Origin: Octopus vulgaris
Taxonomy: Eukaryota
Direction: 5' to 3'
Length of the DNA: 64,000 nucleotides
NCBI GenBank assembly: GCA_951406725.2
Contig: OX597815.1
Location: 48,546,001 to 48,610,000 of the forward strand
Shown: positions 40,501 to 53,650 of the stretch, piece by piece
How positions within the stretch are numbered: position 1 is the stretch's first letter
Layout: every line of letters begins with the position of its first letter
Position numbers and translations under genes: made by a program
The notes under the pieces: generated by a model
Databases searched by the model: none
What the model was told of the DNA's origin: nothing
The model's input: the letters and a program-made list of their open reading frames with translations, nothing else

Positions 40501-40824
40501 TATATATACTACTAATATAGGATAAATTTTTTTCAGAAAAAACTTTCATCAAAAGTGGCAGCATATTAAAATACCTTTAAAGGTTAAAATTATAAACAAT
40601 TTATAAGCAAGGGTAAAAGAAAAATTATTTATATGCCAATATGCTGAGAACAGACTTTAAATTGTCACTTGACGATTTAAAGTCTGTTCTTGGTGTTAGG
40701 AAGGGCATCCAACCAGAGAAACGAAGCTAAATCAGCTGGTGCAGCTCTCTGGCTACCAACTCTGGTCAAGCCAGACATTAAAGGATTGTGATAATGATGA
40801 TAATGATGATGATGATGATGATGA

Positions 40825-40977
40825 TGGGCTTCTTTCAGTGTCTGTATGCAAAATTTGCTTACAAGTGTTCTGGGCTATAGTGGAAGACACCTACCCAAGG
40901 TACAACTCAGTGGAACTGAACCTGAAATCATGTGGCTGAGAAGCAAGCCTCTTAACCTCACAGCCATGCCTGCACCT
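40825..40977 (-). mobile_element. SINE family A 5' half
   Basis: Reverse complement of the family A head. Confidence 0.7.
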
Positions 40978-41136
40978 ATTTGTATAATGTGGTGCATGAA
41001 TGTATATACAATGTAGGTGGTACTAAAGTGTCAAGAGGAAAGAAGAAGGAACACAGTAGGTAACGTTTTGCACATGGAAGATATACACATGGATGTGTGT
41101 GTGTGAGATAGATAGGTAGATAGATAGATAGAGAGA

Positions 41137-41194
<58 letters not shown>

Positions 41195-41628
41195 GAAAGA
41201 GAATGTATGAGTGTGGTGTGTGTGCTTGTGAGCATGTGTGAATGGAAGATATTCTGATGAATGCGAGTAATAGTGAAGATGATGATGATGATGATGTCAA
41301 AGATGATAATCAATGCTCCTGCAGAGATGTAGGTGATGATGGTGTTGATGGTGATGACAATGGTAGGCGATGGTTGCAGTTTTGGTATGGTTGTCGTTGA
41401 TGATATCTATGTCAACCAAGCAGGAAACCAGACACATCAGACATCAAAGACTACGAGAGTGGAATGTAAACAAACTGAAGTATGTAAGGGAGTTGTTTTA
41501 ACTACTCCTCTCAGTGCTGGCCATCAAAGTCACAATGACATGACAATATAAGGCAAACCTCTTCGAAAGGTCACAGTGACATGGTAACGTGAGGTAAATG
41601 TCCTGAGTGATAAGGTCTTCATGACATG

Positions 41629-41946
41629 CAGTGATTCTCACCTGGGGGTCCAAATAGCACCTGAGGGCCCATATAAGATTTTTGGTAGTCCATGCAACAA
41701 AATAGTAAATTGGGGATCCACTATAGTATTTTAAGGGACCCTGAAAAAATTTTGCTTTAGGTATATGTACTGGTATGTATTGCAAGAACAACCTAGGTTT
41801 CTTTCGTTAACATTTTACATAGTTCAACTTACACAAGTGAATGTGTGAAAAACAAAATGTTTTAAATATCAAATGGCTATGGGGGCCCACCAGAATAAAA
41901 TAGTAATTAAAGAGGGCCATAGATAAAAAGTGGTTGAGAAACCCTG
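41629..41946. mobile_element. hAT (Charlie-like) MITE
   Basis: CAGTGATTCTCA ... TGAGAAACCCTG termini and internal GGGG(T/G)CC repeats; 8-bp TSD not clearly preserved. Confidence 0.65.
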
Positions 41947-42558
41947 TGATAAATAAAAGGCAAATCTTGCAAGCAAAGCTGACTTGGCAATAAAAGATGT
42001 ATCAGGAGAAATTATATGACATCACACACATTTTTTTAGAATATCCAAGTTCCTTTCTTTTTTCTTCTTTTATATGTTTCAGTCATTTAACTGTGGCCAT
42101 GCTGGAGCACTGTCTTTTGGTCAAAGACTTTTACTTTGTAAGCCTGGTACTTATCCTATCGGTTTCTTTTGTTGAACCGCTAAGTTATGGGGGATGTAAA
42201 CACACAAATATCAGTTGTCAAGCAATGGTGGTGGTGGTGGGGGTGGGGGCAAACACAGACACAAAAACACACACATAAATATATACATACATACATACAT
42301 ACAAATATATATATATATATATTTATATATGCACATTTGCCAATTTTCTTATGAAAACTCTAGTGCTCTTAGCTCAGACATTTTTGGGGCAATTAGATCG
42401 AACTGTCTCAAATATAACTGCCCAAAACAGTAAGGACTTCTGGTAACTTGACTGAGAAAAGAAGGCCATGAATGACCCATCTTTTTTTCCCCTGTCCTTC
42501 TAATTGTTGTTTCTCCTGTCCGCCTTTGTATTGTCCTCTATTGCGTTTTTGTTCCATT

Positions 42559-42622
<64 letters not shown>

Positions 42623-43649
42623 GTATATATATACGAGCATTATATATATATATAGAGAGAGAGAGCATTAAAGTGTTTAGTTCAACCCTAGTGTTTAATT
42701 GATACTTCTTTTATTGATAGTTTTATAATTTAGGTCTTGAGGAAGTCTTTAGATGCCTCATCAACATGCTTGAAATAGTATCCAAATCTTCAAATCACAT
42801 GCATTTTTTCACCACCTTCATGGATTCCCATGACTCTGGTGCCAACCAATTCCGTTATTATGAATTTGAATTGGGACCTTGTGTTATAGTGAATTTTTCA
42901 TTAGCTGATTACACAACTATGGACACTACCCTTATGGAGGCATTGCAGTTAGTCTCGTGATAGAATTTGATGTTCCTGACTATTGATCATCTAGGATTCC
43001 TCTGTTCAGCATCAATGTAGGAAGCACTGTTGGCTCAGTCGAGCTCTTCCACTACCTCTTCACAATCCACTAGGGCATCATAGTATCCCTGGTAGGGTGG
43101 CTGAATGGGTACTATGTTTTGCTAAAGGGCAGCCAATATCTATGTAATTGCCTTAAAAAAGAGGAGATATGGAAAAATATATTGTAGCACTTTGAGCAAG
43201 TGTCTTCTAATTAGGCCCTGGGCCAACAAATGCCTTATGAGTGAATGTGATCGAAAGAAAACTGAAACTGTGAGGAAGCCCATCATGCATATAAATGTGT
43301 GTGTGTCTGTGGCTTTGTGTTTGTCTTCCTACTGCTGTTGGTTTGTTTATATCCCCATAACTTAGCAGCGTGGCAAAAGAGACCTATACGAATAAGTACC
43401 TGACTTGAAAAAAAGGTAATTCATTCACCTAACTCTTCAAAGGCAATGTCTTGGCATGGCCATGGTCTAATGAGAAAACTTTTGTAAGAGATATAAGATA
43501 AAATATAAATACAATGACAAAATAGAAAAAAGATGGTCAAGACTCAAAGATATGGTGTCAAGGTTTAGCTCAGTCAGAGCTGTTCAGAGGCTCAAGAAGA
43601 ACAACAATAACAATAACATGTAGGATCAGAAATTAGAGGAGGCAAAAAT

Positions 43650-44612
43650 TTGCTTCTCAGCCACATGGTTTCTAGGTTCAGTCCCAATGTGTGGGCTTTT
43701 GGGTAGGTGTCTTCTTTTCTACACTAGGCACAAGGCCTGAAAATTTTGGGGAGGGCCGAGTCGATTAGATTGACCCAGTATGCAAATGGTACTTAATTTA
43801 TCGACCCCGAAAGGATGAAAGACAAAGCTGATCTCGGTGGAAGTTGAACTCAGAGTGTAAAGATAGATGAAATACCACTAAGCATTTCGCCTGGCGTGCT
43901 AATGTTTCTGTCAGCATGCCGCTTTGGGCAGGTGTCTTCTACTACAACACCAAGATGATCAAAGTCTCATGAGTGGATTTAGTGGACTGGAAAAAAGCCT
44001 GTTATATATATATATGTGTGTGTCTGATAATGCATGGCTCAGTGGTTAGAGCATAGAGCTTACGATCGTGAGGTTGTGAGTTTGAATCCCAGACTGTGCT
44101 GCATGTTGTGTTCTTGAGCAAGACATTTTATTTCACGTTGCTCCAGTTCACTCAGCTGTAGAAATGAGTTGCGACATCAGTGGTGCCAAACTGTATCAGC
44201 CTTTGCCTTTCTCTTGGATAACATCAATGGCATGGAAAGGGAAGGCTGGTATGCATGGGCGACTGTTAGCCTTCCACAAACAATCTTGCCCTGACTTGTG
44301 CCTCGGAGGGTAACTTTCTAGGTGCAATCCCATGGTCATTCATGACCGAAGGGGGTCTTCTCTTATATGTGTGGGTGGTGGGGGTGTCTTTGTGCTAGTC
44401 CCAGCCGCCCCCACCACCACCACCACCACCACCTAACAATCGGTGTTAGTTTGTTTCCATCCATGTCACATAGAGTTTAGCGTAAGAGACCCACAGAAAA
44501 ATTACCAGGTTTAAAAAAAAGAAGAAGGTACTATTTCAGTTAAAGCCCTTTTAAGGTAGTGCCACAGTATGGCCATGAACCAATAACTCAAACAGGTAAA
44601 AAAAATAAAAGA
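43650..44612 (+). mobile_element. SINE family A interrupted by family B (43716-43922, -) and family C (44030-44360, +)
   Basis: Family A segments resume after each insert; 18-bp TSD TTTGGG(T/C)AGGTGTCTTCT flanks the B copy. Confidence 0.8.
44030..44360 (+). mobile_element. tRNA-derived SINE family C
   Basis: A box TGGCTCAGTGG, B box GTTTGAATCC. Confidence 0.8.
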
Positions 44613-45418
44613 TATGCATAATAATGTATGCTTGTATATATTCTTACATTTGGTGTTGGGTGGTATTGAACCTGCTCTGGTACAGAATGCAATCGTTTTT
44701 GTATTTGTTCAATAATGCTGTCAAGGGGAGACACACAGGAAAAACATTGATATAACAGCTGACTACACACTCCATGTGGTAAATTAGACATGAATCAGTG
44801 GTTTGTATTTAAATGTAAAATACACACACACACACATATCAACATCATCCTAGACTAGTATACTTAAACAAGAATGCATATGCAGACTTCATGTGTATGT
44901 ATGTATGTATGTATGTATGTTTGTATGTATGTATGTATGCATGTATGTATGTGTGGGTGGGTGGGTGTGTGCATGTGTGCATGCGCGTGTGTGTATGATT
45001 ACATATACATACATATATATACATACATATACATACATACATATATATATATATACATACACACACATATATACATGCATACTTATATATATGTATACAT
45101 ACATATATATATACATACATATGCATACATATACATGCATGCACACACATATACATATATACATATAGATACATACACACAGGCACATATACACACTCAT
45201 TTATATATATATATATATATATACTCACACATATATGCACAGATTATCTTTGCGTAGTTGATTGTTGTTTGCCATTGTTTATGTTTTAATTGTCCACTAT
45301 GCACGTGGTGGTGGTGGTGGGGAGACATATGTGACCATGAATGTGTGTGCGTACACACAGGCATAAACACATATTTACACATCTATGTATACATACATAT
45401 GTAAACATCTCTCTCTCC

Positions 45419-45450
<32 letters not shown>

Positions 45451-45469
45451 GTACATATATGTATATGTG

Positions 45470-45527
<58 letters not shown>

Positions 45528-45735
45528 CACACATACATATATATATACTTATACAATATACACATATATATGTATATGTGCATATATGCATACATATATG
45601 TGTGTGTGTATATGTGCATATAGGCATACATATATGTATGTATGTATGTTTGCAAATTCTCAGTGATTTTTTTACTAAATATTGTCTGACTTTAATGTGT
45701 CAATATAAATTGAGTCTCTCTCTCTCTCACTCACA

Positions 45736-45768
<33 letters not shown>

Positions 45769-45907
45769 TAGCAAATATTCACACACACCCCTGAGATGTA
45801 GGCACTGTAGAAGAAGTAGTTCTTGACTTCATCATCAGCTACTGAACAAATTCCAAATGAACTAATCCACCAAATGGATTACATCAGATCAATGATACTT
45901 AGTGCAA

Positions 45908-45967
45908 AGTAGCAGCAGCAGTAGTAGTAGTAGTAGTAGCAGCAACAGTAGTAGTAGTAGCAGCAAC

Positions 45968-46002
<35 letters not shown>

Positions 46003-46009
46003 CAGCAAC

Positions 46010-46085
<76 letters not shown>
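45908..46085. repeat. (TAG/CAG)n microsatellite
   Basis: Direct observation. Confidence 0.95.
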
Positions 46086-46086
<1 letters not shown>

Positions 46087-46249
46087 GTGATAGGGAGGGG
46101 GAAGAAGATCATACAAAATGAAATGTGGGTGCGATTACTGGAATGGATGATTGGTGATTGGGTGGTAGCGTCGTGGTGATGTTTTGCAGTGGTTTGATGG
46201 ACATTGAAAGAGTGATCTAGTTGTTGTTGTGTTGTTGTTGTTGTTGTTG

Positions 46250-46700
46250 TTGTTTAGCTTTAAGTCAGCCCTTGAACAAACAGACCTGTGATCATATATA
46301 AAAATGCTCAAGCGATGGCAAACCCATCATTTGGTATATCTAAGGACTGCTTTATCCAGTGCGACGTTCCTTTGTTCTTAAGACGATAGGGTGTGAATTG
46401 AACAAGGGAATTTGAGTTGTTATTTCAAGTATGGTGAGTAATTTCATAGAGGCTACCTCACTGTGTGTAGTAGTAACAGTAACGGTAATAGTGGTTGTTG
46501 TTGTTGTTATTGATGTTGCTTAGCTCCAAGTCAGTTCTGATTGAGCAAATATATTATTAAAAGATTTCTGTGCTATGATCATTCTGTCTTTGTCCACTGT
46601 ACAGAGAACCTAGGATCAGAGTTTCCAATGTATATTTTTTCAAAACGATTGGGAGTGATCTGAAGGGTTTAGGGTGTTATTTTTAGCGGTACTACTCATT
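46250..46700 (+). repeat. Two diverged copies of dispersed repeat family E (also about 59270, 61965, 62635; reversed at about 43560 and 61800)
   Basis: Shared GTTTAGCTCCAAGTCAGCYCTGATYGAGCAGACC-like start, often after (GTT)n. Confidence 0.6.
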
Positions 46701-47049
46701 GGCACATGTTAATGGTCATTGTGGGAGGATTTAGTGATGGGATATGTTGATGGTGGGTAAAGAGAGATGTGATCATATTGGTGTTGATATGTGTTTGTAG
46801 GCTGGCTCTGATCAAGCAGATCTTCAGAATAGAAGAATAAGGGAATGACAGAATAGTGGTGTGATGTTTGACAACCAGCTTGGAGGAGAATATAGGTGGT
46901 TAGAAGGCAGAGCAGTCATTTGCACCTCAAAAGCTAAATGAAAAGAAAACAAAAGATGAACAAAAACACGTAGGTAATCATAATTAGATATAGGTGTTAT
47001 TTTCAAAAAGGTGATGAATATTTACCAGTAGGAAATGAACCATCTGCTC

Positions 47050-48700
47050 AAGAGCAAACTGGAAACAAAACAATTTCTTCTATACCACATGCTACAGGAG
47101 TGGCATGTGGCATACTTCGGATTTGATACAAAAAAGTGCAGAAAACATTGAAAGTGAGCACAAGAAAGACATATTCCATTGCTCATAACATTTTCAAGTG
47201 ACAGTTAACAGCAATGTTTTACATTTGGCATCATTAAACACAGTAATTAAAAAGATAGAATGTCTGAGAGAAATTAGTTAATGTGAAGTGTCAATAAACA
47301 AACCATATTTTGTTTACTATGTTGACACATAGGAAAAGGCAGAATTAATACAATGGTTGTGACAACAGAAAATGGATTGTCTGCCAGAGAAAACTGGAAA
47401 AAATTATAAGACAGAATTCCTGAATTTGAATGTAGTAAATAGCATAAGTTGAGTTATGTATCATAAGTATCATGAAGAGGGTTCTCATAAAGAATTCCTT
47501 CAAACAGATGCCGAAGACATTTTCTGCATAAGCAAATGTAGAAGAGGGGGTGAACTAGTCTGCTATTTTAAAAGAATGTAAATTAAACAGTGTCTAATTT
47601 ACTTTATCTTTCTTTTTTCTCTATGAAAGGAGGTTAGCATCCTGTATTACCTGTCATTTGATTTGTGATGTTCACAATAACAACTTCATTAGTCTGGTTA
47701 CCTCATTGAGATCCTCTGTTTTGTAGCTTATGCTGGGCATTTCAAAGTAAACCAGGAAAAACAAGAAAATATTCTAGGCACATAATTTGTCACCTGAATC
47801 ACAAAATGAATTTATTTCTCCTTGCTCCTATCTCGTTTTGAAACACATACTCTCTGAAAGATCAAAAGCAAAATACTATTTAATAACAGTTGATGCAACA
47901 CCTAATTCTGCACATGTCGAACATGTAACATTTATCATATGTTCCCTTCAAAGTATAAACTGTGGGTTTAAGATTCAAGAGAAATTTGTATCTTTTGAAG
48001 ACTTGAGAAATAACATGTTCTGAGATTGCAAACTTGACAAAGGAACCACTGAGTAAAAATAGCATGATCTAGGGAGATTGCAGAAGTCAAGGATATGACT
48101 GTAGTGCCAATATGACTGCCAAGCACAAGGAAGTACAAAGAAGTACAAAGTTTTTCACAATATGGATGGCATATGTGAATTTGCGTGACATCGATTCAGA
48201 GTTCAATACTGAAACAGTCACCTTTTCTGGAACTATGGAACATATTTTCTATCTGTTATCTTGTACTTGTTTCAGTCACTGGACTGCAACTATGCTGAGG
48301 CATTGTGTTAAAGGGTTTAGACAAATGTGTGTGTGTGATGGACTTCCATGCAGTTTCCATCTACCAAATTCACTCACAAGACATTGGTTGATCCAAGGCT
48401 GTAATAGAAGACATTAGTCCAAAGTGCTGTGCAGTAGAAGCTCCATACAGCTATATTTGTAATATGTTTTCTTATAGGGAAAAGAAGAAAAGATGATAAA
48501 TGCTTCTGATAGGTACAGGCTATCTGGTTGTTAGCCAGAACTTATAGTGTGAAATAATTTTCATAAAACCTTATTGGTATGAAATTAGCCCTGCATAATG
48601 TTCTGAGTCTTAATTCAATGCTAAAGGCCAAAATTAAAGTAACAGGATCTATAAAATACATGTCCTCTGTATCTTCATGTGAACATCTGATTCGATATGA
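47050..48700 (+). pseudogene. Decayed hAT transposase (ZMYM1/DUF4371-like), interrupted by a SINE A fragment at 48255-48450
   Basis: NWKKL*DRIPEFECSK*H; HNNNFISLV; SPESQNEFI...KAKYYLITVDATPNSAHVEHVTFII...IQEKFVSF; DCRSQGYDCSANMTAKHKEVQ (compare CRGQGYDNAANM.GK..GVQ). Confidence 0.8.
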
Positions 48701-48713
48701 TTAACATCTGCAA

Positions 48714-48714
<1 letters not shown>

Positions 48715-48744
<30 letters not shown>

Positions 48745-49035
48745 GTTTAACGTCCGCTTCCCATGCTAGCATGGGTTGGACGATTTGACTGAGGTCTGGT
48801 GAACCAGATGGCTGCACCAGACTCCAATCTGATCTGGCAGAGTTTCTACAGCTGGATGCTCTTCCTAACACCAACCACTCTGAGGGTGTAGTGGGTGCTT
48901 TTATGTACCACTGGCACGAGGCCAGTCAGGTGGTACTGGCAACGGCCATGCTCAAATGGTGTTTTTTATGTGCCACCTGCACAGGATCCCATCCAGCGGC
49001 ACTGGCAATGACCTTGTTTGAATGTTTTTTCACGG
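48715..49035 (-). mobile_element. SINE family D
   Basis: Closely matches 3229-3590. Confidence 0.8.
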
Positions 49036-49198
49036 TATCAGTTAATACCATGTGGACAGCAATGAAACTGAAGTGAAAATCTTCAGAAGCTGCAAGATTG
49101 ATTTGGTGCTCTGCAGACAAAATCAAAATCTGTCACTAATAAATATATAGTAAGTGGGGATAAATATTTGTGGCTACTAGCCTGCAAAATGAAATTAA

Positions 49199-49406
49199 CC
49201 CATTAGCATTTAAACCAGCCATATCCGGCCAAAATATTCTGCATGTTTTATGTTCAAGCTAAAAAAGATCCATCCTTTTCCATCTACCCTACAATATCCT
49301 TCTAAGAATAAAACATTCATATCATTGATGTTTTGAAGTTATGGAATAATGTGTGATTAATTCAAAACTATGTAAATAAACAAAGAGATACGAATATGCT
49401 AAAAGG
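49199..49406. mobile_element. piggyBac-like MITE (second family)
   Basis: TTAA-CCCATTAGCAT ... ATGCTAAAAGG-TTAA. Confidence 0.65.
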
Positions 49407-49651
49407 TTAAACAAACAAATAAGAGACTGCAAAATCATTTTGTTTTATGAGACTCAATCAAATGATGGAATACATACAAAAGGATAGGTCAATGTAATTG
49501 AGCCCAGAATACAGCTGGTACTTATTTTATTCACTCTGAAAAGATGAAAGGCAAAGTCAAACCTCGGTGGAATTTGAACTCAGAACATAAAGACATAAAA
49601 TTATGCTAGGCATTTTGTCTGACTTGTTTATTGATCCTGCCAGCTTGCCAA

Positions 49652-49722
<71 letters not shown>

Positions 49723-49740
49723 TAATAATAATAATAATGA

Positions 49741-50230
49741 CTTAACAAAAATCATGCCTCCTCATTGATATGACTATCTCAATCGATATAAATGTATCTG
49801 TCAAGACCTACCAAAAACTGAGCAAGTATAAAGATCTTGGAATAGAAATTAACAAAATGTGGAACCTGAAGACTAAAACAATACCTGTTGTCATAGGTGC
49901 CCTGGGAATGATAGCAAAAGGGGTTGATTGCTACCTAGCTCAGATACCAGGAAACCCTAAAATGGCAGAAATTCAAAAGATAGTGCTCATGAGAACTACC
50001 CATATCCTACGTAAAATACTTTCTATGTAATCTCAAGTTTTAAAACAAACACATAATTTTCTTATGGTTTCTTAAACATTTTCTAGAACAATACTATGTA
50101 CAAAACCAAATATATGACACCCTAGGCATAATACCAATATGAACTTCCAACTTGTTGTCTCTTGGGGTCTTCTGGGTGAGACTTGGAGCCAACATGTACA
50201 AATGTAAAGCAAAAGTCAATCATAAAATAA
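49741..50230 (+). mobile_element. 3' fragment of a third Dong/R4-like family, flanked both sides by (TAA)n
   Basis: KSCLLIDMTISID...KLSKYKDLGIEINKMWNLKTKTIPVVIGALG...EIQKIVLMRTTHILRKILSM*, aligning with the C-terminus of the 8034 ORF; different 3'UTR. Confidence 0.85.
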
Positions 50231-50241
50231 TAATAACAAAA

Positions 50242-50305
<64 letters not shown>

Positions 50306-51192
50306 TAACAATAATAGAAAGAAGAAGAAGAAGAAGAAGAAGAAGAAGAAGAAGAAGAAGAAGAAGAAGAAGAAGAAGAAGAAAAAGAAGAAGAATGATT
50401 TCAAATCTTGGCACAAGGCCAGCAATTTTGGGGAGAGTGCTAGTCAATAACATTAACCCTAGTGCTCAAATGTTACTTGCTTTATTGTTTCCAAAAGAAT
50501 GATGAAAGGCAAACTTGACCTCAGCAGGACTTGAACTCAATATGAAAGGAACTGGAAGAATTAAGAGCTTATGTTGATATCAAAATCATGTTGATATCTA
50601 GGGGTGATTAACTCTATGGAAAACTTTAGTGTGATCCAATATAATTACAACTCTATTGTAGTCAGATTTGTTGATCACCCACTTTGCCATATATTAAATC
50701 ATATAATGTGAAGGTCATCATGAATAAAACAGGTTTATGCCTTTGAAATCATGGTTTTGATGGCAGCAATCAACCTCTTTCCTAGCAGCTTGACCAAGAA
50801 TTATCAATAACATCCCTATGTTCACAGCCTTCATCAGCAGTGCAATCACGTTTTGATTGACAAAACAGGGGATTCTCTTCTTTCAGTAGCAGTTGGCAGA
50901 TTTCTTTCTAGTAAAGGAACTTTCAAATGTCTGCTGTTCTACAAACATTGGCAACTTAAAATGTAAAGACAGACAAAATGCCACTAAGCATTTTGTCTGG
51001 TTTGGTAATGATTCTGCCAGGTTGCTGCCTTAAGAACTTTTATACAATATTACAATATTATATATATTTTTTGGTATATTTTACATTAGTTTTGCAATTT
51101 AATTTTTTATTGTCTTATTTCTGGATTTTGTTTTTACATTTTATTCTTTTACTAAATTTTGGCATTTCACATTTTTTTACGTATATCTTTTA

Positions 51193-51584
51193 CAGGTGCA
51201 GGCATGGCTGTGTGGTTAAGAAGCTTGCTTTGCAGCCGTGTAGTTTTGAGTTCAATCCCACTCTGCAGCACCTTGAGCAAGTATCATCTGCTACAGCTCC
51301 AGTCTGACCAGTACCTTGTGAATGAATTTGGTAACTGGAGACTGTGTGAAAGCCCATTATATATATTTCTTTATTGCCCACAAGGGGCTAGACATACAGG
51401 AGACAAACAAAGAGATTAAGTCGATTACATCGATCCCAGTGCGTAACTGGTACTTTATCTATCGGCCCCTAAATGATAAAAGGTAAAGTCGACCTTGGCG
51501 GAATTTGAACTCAGAACGTAATGGCAGACGAAATACCGCTAAGCATTTCACCCAGCACGCTGTCATTTCTGCCAGCTTGCTGCC

Positions 51585-51620
<36 letters not shown>

Positions 51621-51815
51621 ATCCCCAGCAACTGCTTAGCAACTGGTGTTGGTTTGTTTATGTTCCCTAAATTCCTGTGGCTTGGTAAAAATGACTAATA
51701 ATATAAGTACTTAAAGAAAATATAAGTACTGGTATCAATTTGCTTGACAAAATACATTAAGGTAGTGCTCCAGCATGACCAAACTTCGATGACCAAAACG
51801 AGGAAAAGACAAAAG
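51193..51815 (+). mobile_element. SINE family A with nested family B copy (51365-51585, -)
   Basis: Family A head and tail are separated by a CpG-richer family B copy at the internal microsatellite. Confidence 0.75.
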
Positions 51816-52158
51816 ATATTTAAGATATTTTACATATTTTACAAGATTTCCATGTCTATTTTTTTGCATATAAATTCCATATTATTTTGACTTTATATTC
51901 ATATATGTCTCCATGAGAATGTCTCTTAAATTATTCCTCAGATGATTCAGGAACGAAAGAGATGAAGTAAGAGAAGAACTGGCTGACTTGTCGACCTTAT
52001 TGATAAAGAAAACGATTACCTGGTTCCATACTGAGCTAGAACACTAGTTCTCTGGATCTGAGCCCAATATTCCATTAAATCGGTCAATGCCAGATAAAGA
52101 GGAATCAATTTCTAAGAATAGGCAGTCATAGTACAGAATTTGGTGCCGTGTAAGCATA

Positions 52159-52189
<31 letters not shown>

Positions 52190-52535
52190 GTGTGTGCATG
52201 CGTGTATGTATGTGTGAGAGAGAGAGAGAGAAAGAGAGAGAGTCTCTCTGAGGGTGTGTATGAGAGACAGAGAAAGAGAAAAAGTTATGGTGGAAATATG
52301 CTTGTGAAAGCATGTCTTTTCCTACACACAAACACACACACATGCACACACACACATATACACACACACATGTATTCTATATATCATACATATGTGTGCA
52401 CGTGTATTTATGCACTGTGTAGTACAAATGTACTAAAGAGGCATGGAGTGTACAATTGCCATTTAGCAAATTGTTTATAAACTTATTTTTAAGCTCTCAA
52501 TGGATATACTCACACTTGTTCCAACATATATAATT

Positions 52536-52909
52536 ATGAGCAAAATGCCCCCCGTCCAATGGACGGTGCTGAGTTGTCAAATATTTAAACCAAATTTTCT
52601 CAAAACAACTTGTCCAACCGTCCCATTTTGTGGCATTATTTCAAGCCAGACGGCTTTATTGCGCAAACTGCACAAGCATTTTTCTTGCGTATATGTAGTA
52701 TCAATCGCAACAGCTGATGTACTTGCACGTACAAATGCACGGTCCCACGGCTTTATTGATCGCATTCTCACCTGGAATCGATTTTTGTAATTTTTTCAAG
52801 ACTTATACACGCCCTGATACTGTCGGTATCTCCATATAAAATTTGGCCGCAATCGGATGGAGGATGCTAGAAGACACATACACAGACAGAACGGCTTTTA
52901 TGTAATAGA
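52536..52909 (-). mobile_element. Non-autonomous Helitron-like element
   Basis: Minus strand starts A-TCTATTACATAAAAG with (CTGT)n and ends with hairpin CCGTCCATTGGACGG about 10 nt before a degenerate CTAG-like end; CpG-rich. Confidence 0.6.
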
Positions 52910-53258
52910 TTACACTCATACATGCACACACGTACACACAACTTTAGACAATTGCCCAGACCCATATTTTGACCACTTTTTTTTCTATTACCAACCTTTT
53001 TATTTCTTCATGTCTGTTTTTCTGTTTTGGTTTTCCATTCCATTCTTCTGGCTTCACTACCCATTTTAAATCATATCTCTGGCGAGTTAACTTGGGATTT
53101 CTTAACAATACTGTAACCTTCATTAGAAATTCGGCCTGATAAATAGCTAGTGGAACATCCCTTGTGTAATTATTATTTTTGGGGTTCTAACATATATAAC
53201 ATGGATTTTACCTGCTCCATTCCCACAATTTGGATATATATATATTCTTGTAAATATA

Positions 53259-53371
53259 ATATGTGACAATTATTCGATAGCCATGATAAAACTCTGAGTT
53301 TCAGATGTCGGGGTGAAAACCCACACTGGCATCTCTTCAGTTATCATGGCTACCGAATAATTGTCACATAT
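53259..53371 (-). ncRNA. Type I hammerhead ribozyme motif with 31-bp stem I
   Basis: Reverse complement: atatgtgacaattattcggtagccatgataa CTGAAGA gatgccagtgtgggttttcaccccgacatc t GAAA ctcagag TT ttatcatggctatcgaataattgtcacatat. Confidence 0.7.
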
Positions 53372-53435
53372 ATTTACAGATAAATTTCTCTATTTACATA
53401 ATGTCTATTTACATTCTTTTGTTGTCTTGCCATTT

Positions 53436-53650
53436 CTTATTTCTTTATTGCCCACAAGGGGACAAACAAGGACAGATACACGGATTAAGTCGATTACATC
53501 AACCCCAGTGCATATCTGGTACTTATTTAATCGACCCCGAAAGGATCAAAAGCAAAGTCAACCTCAGCAGAATTTCAACTCAGAACGTAGCGGCAGATGA
53601 AACACTGCTAAGCATTTCGCCCAGCGTGCTAACGTTTCTGCCAGCTCGCC
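53436..53650 (-). mobile_element. SINE family B
   Basis: Close match to 51365-51585. Confidence 0.8.
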
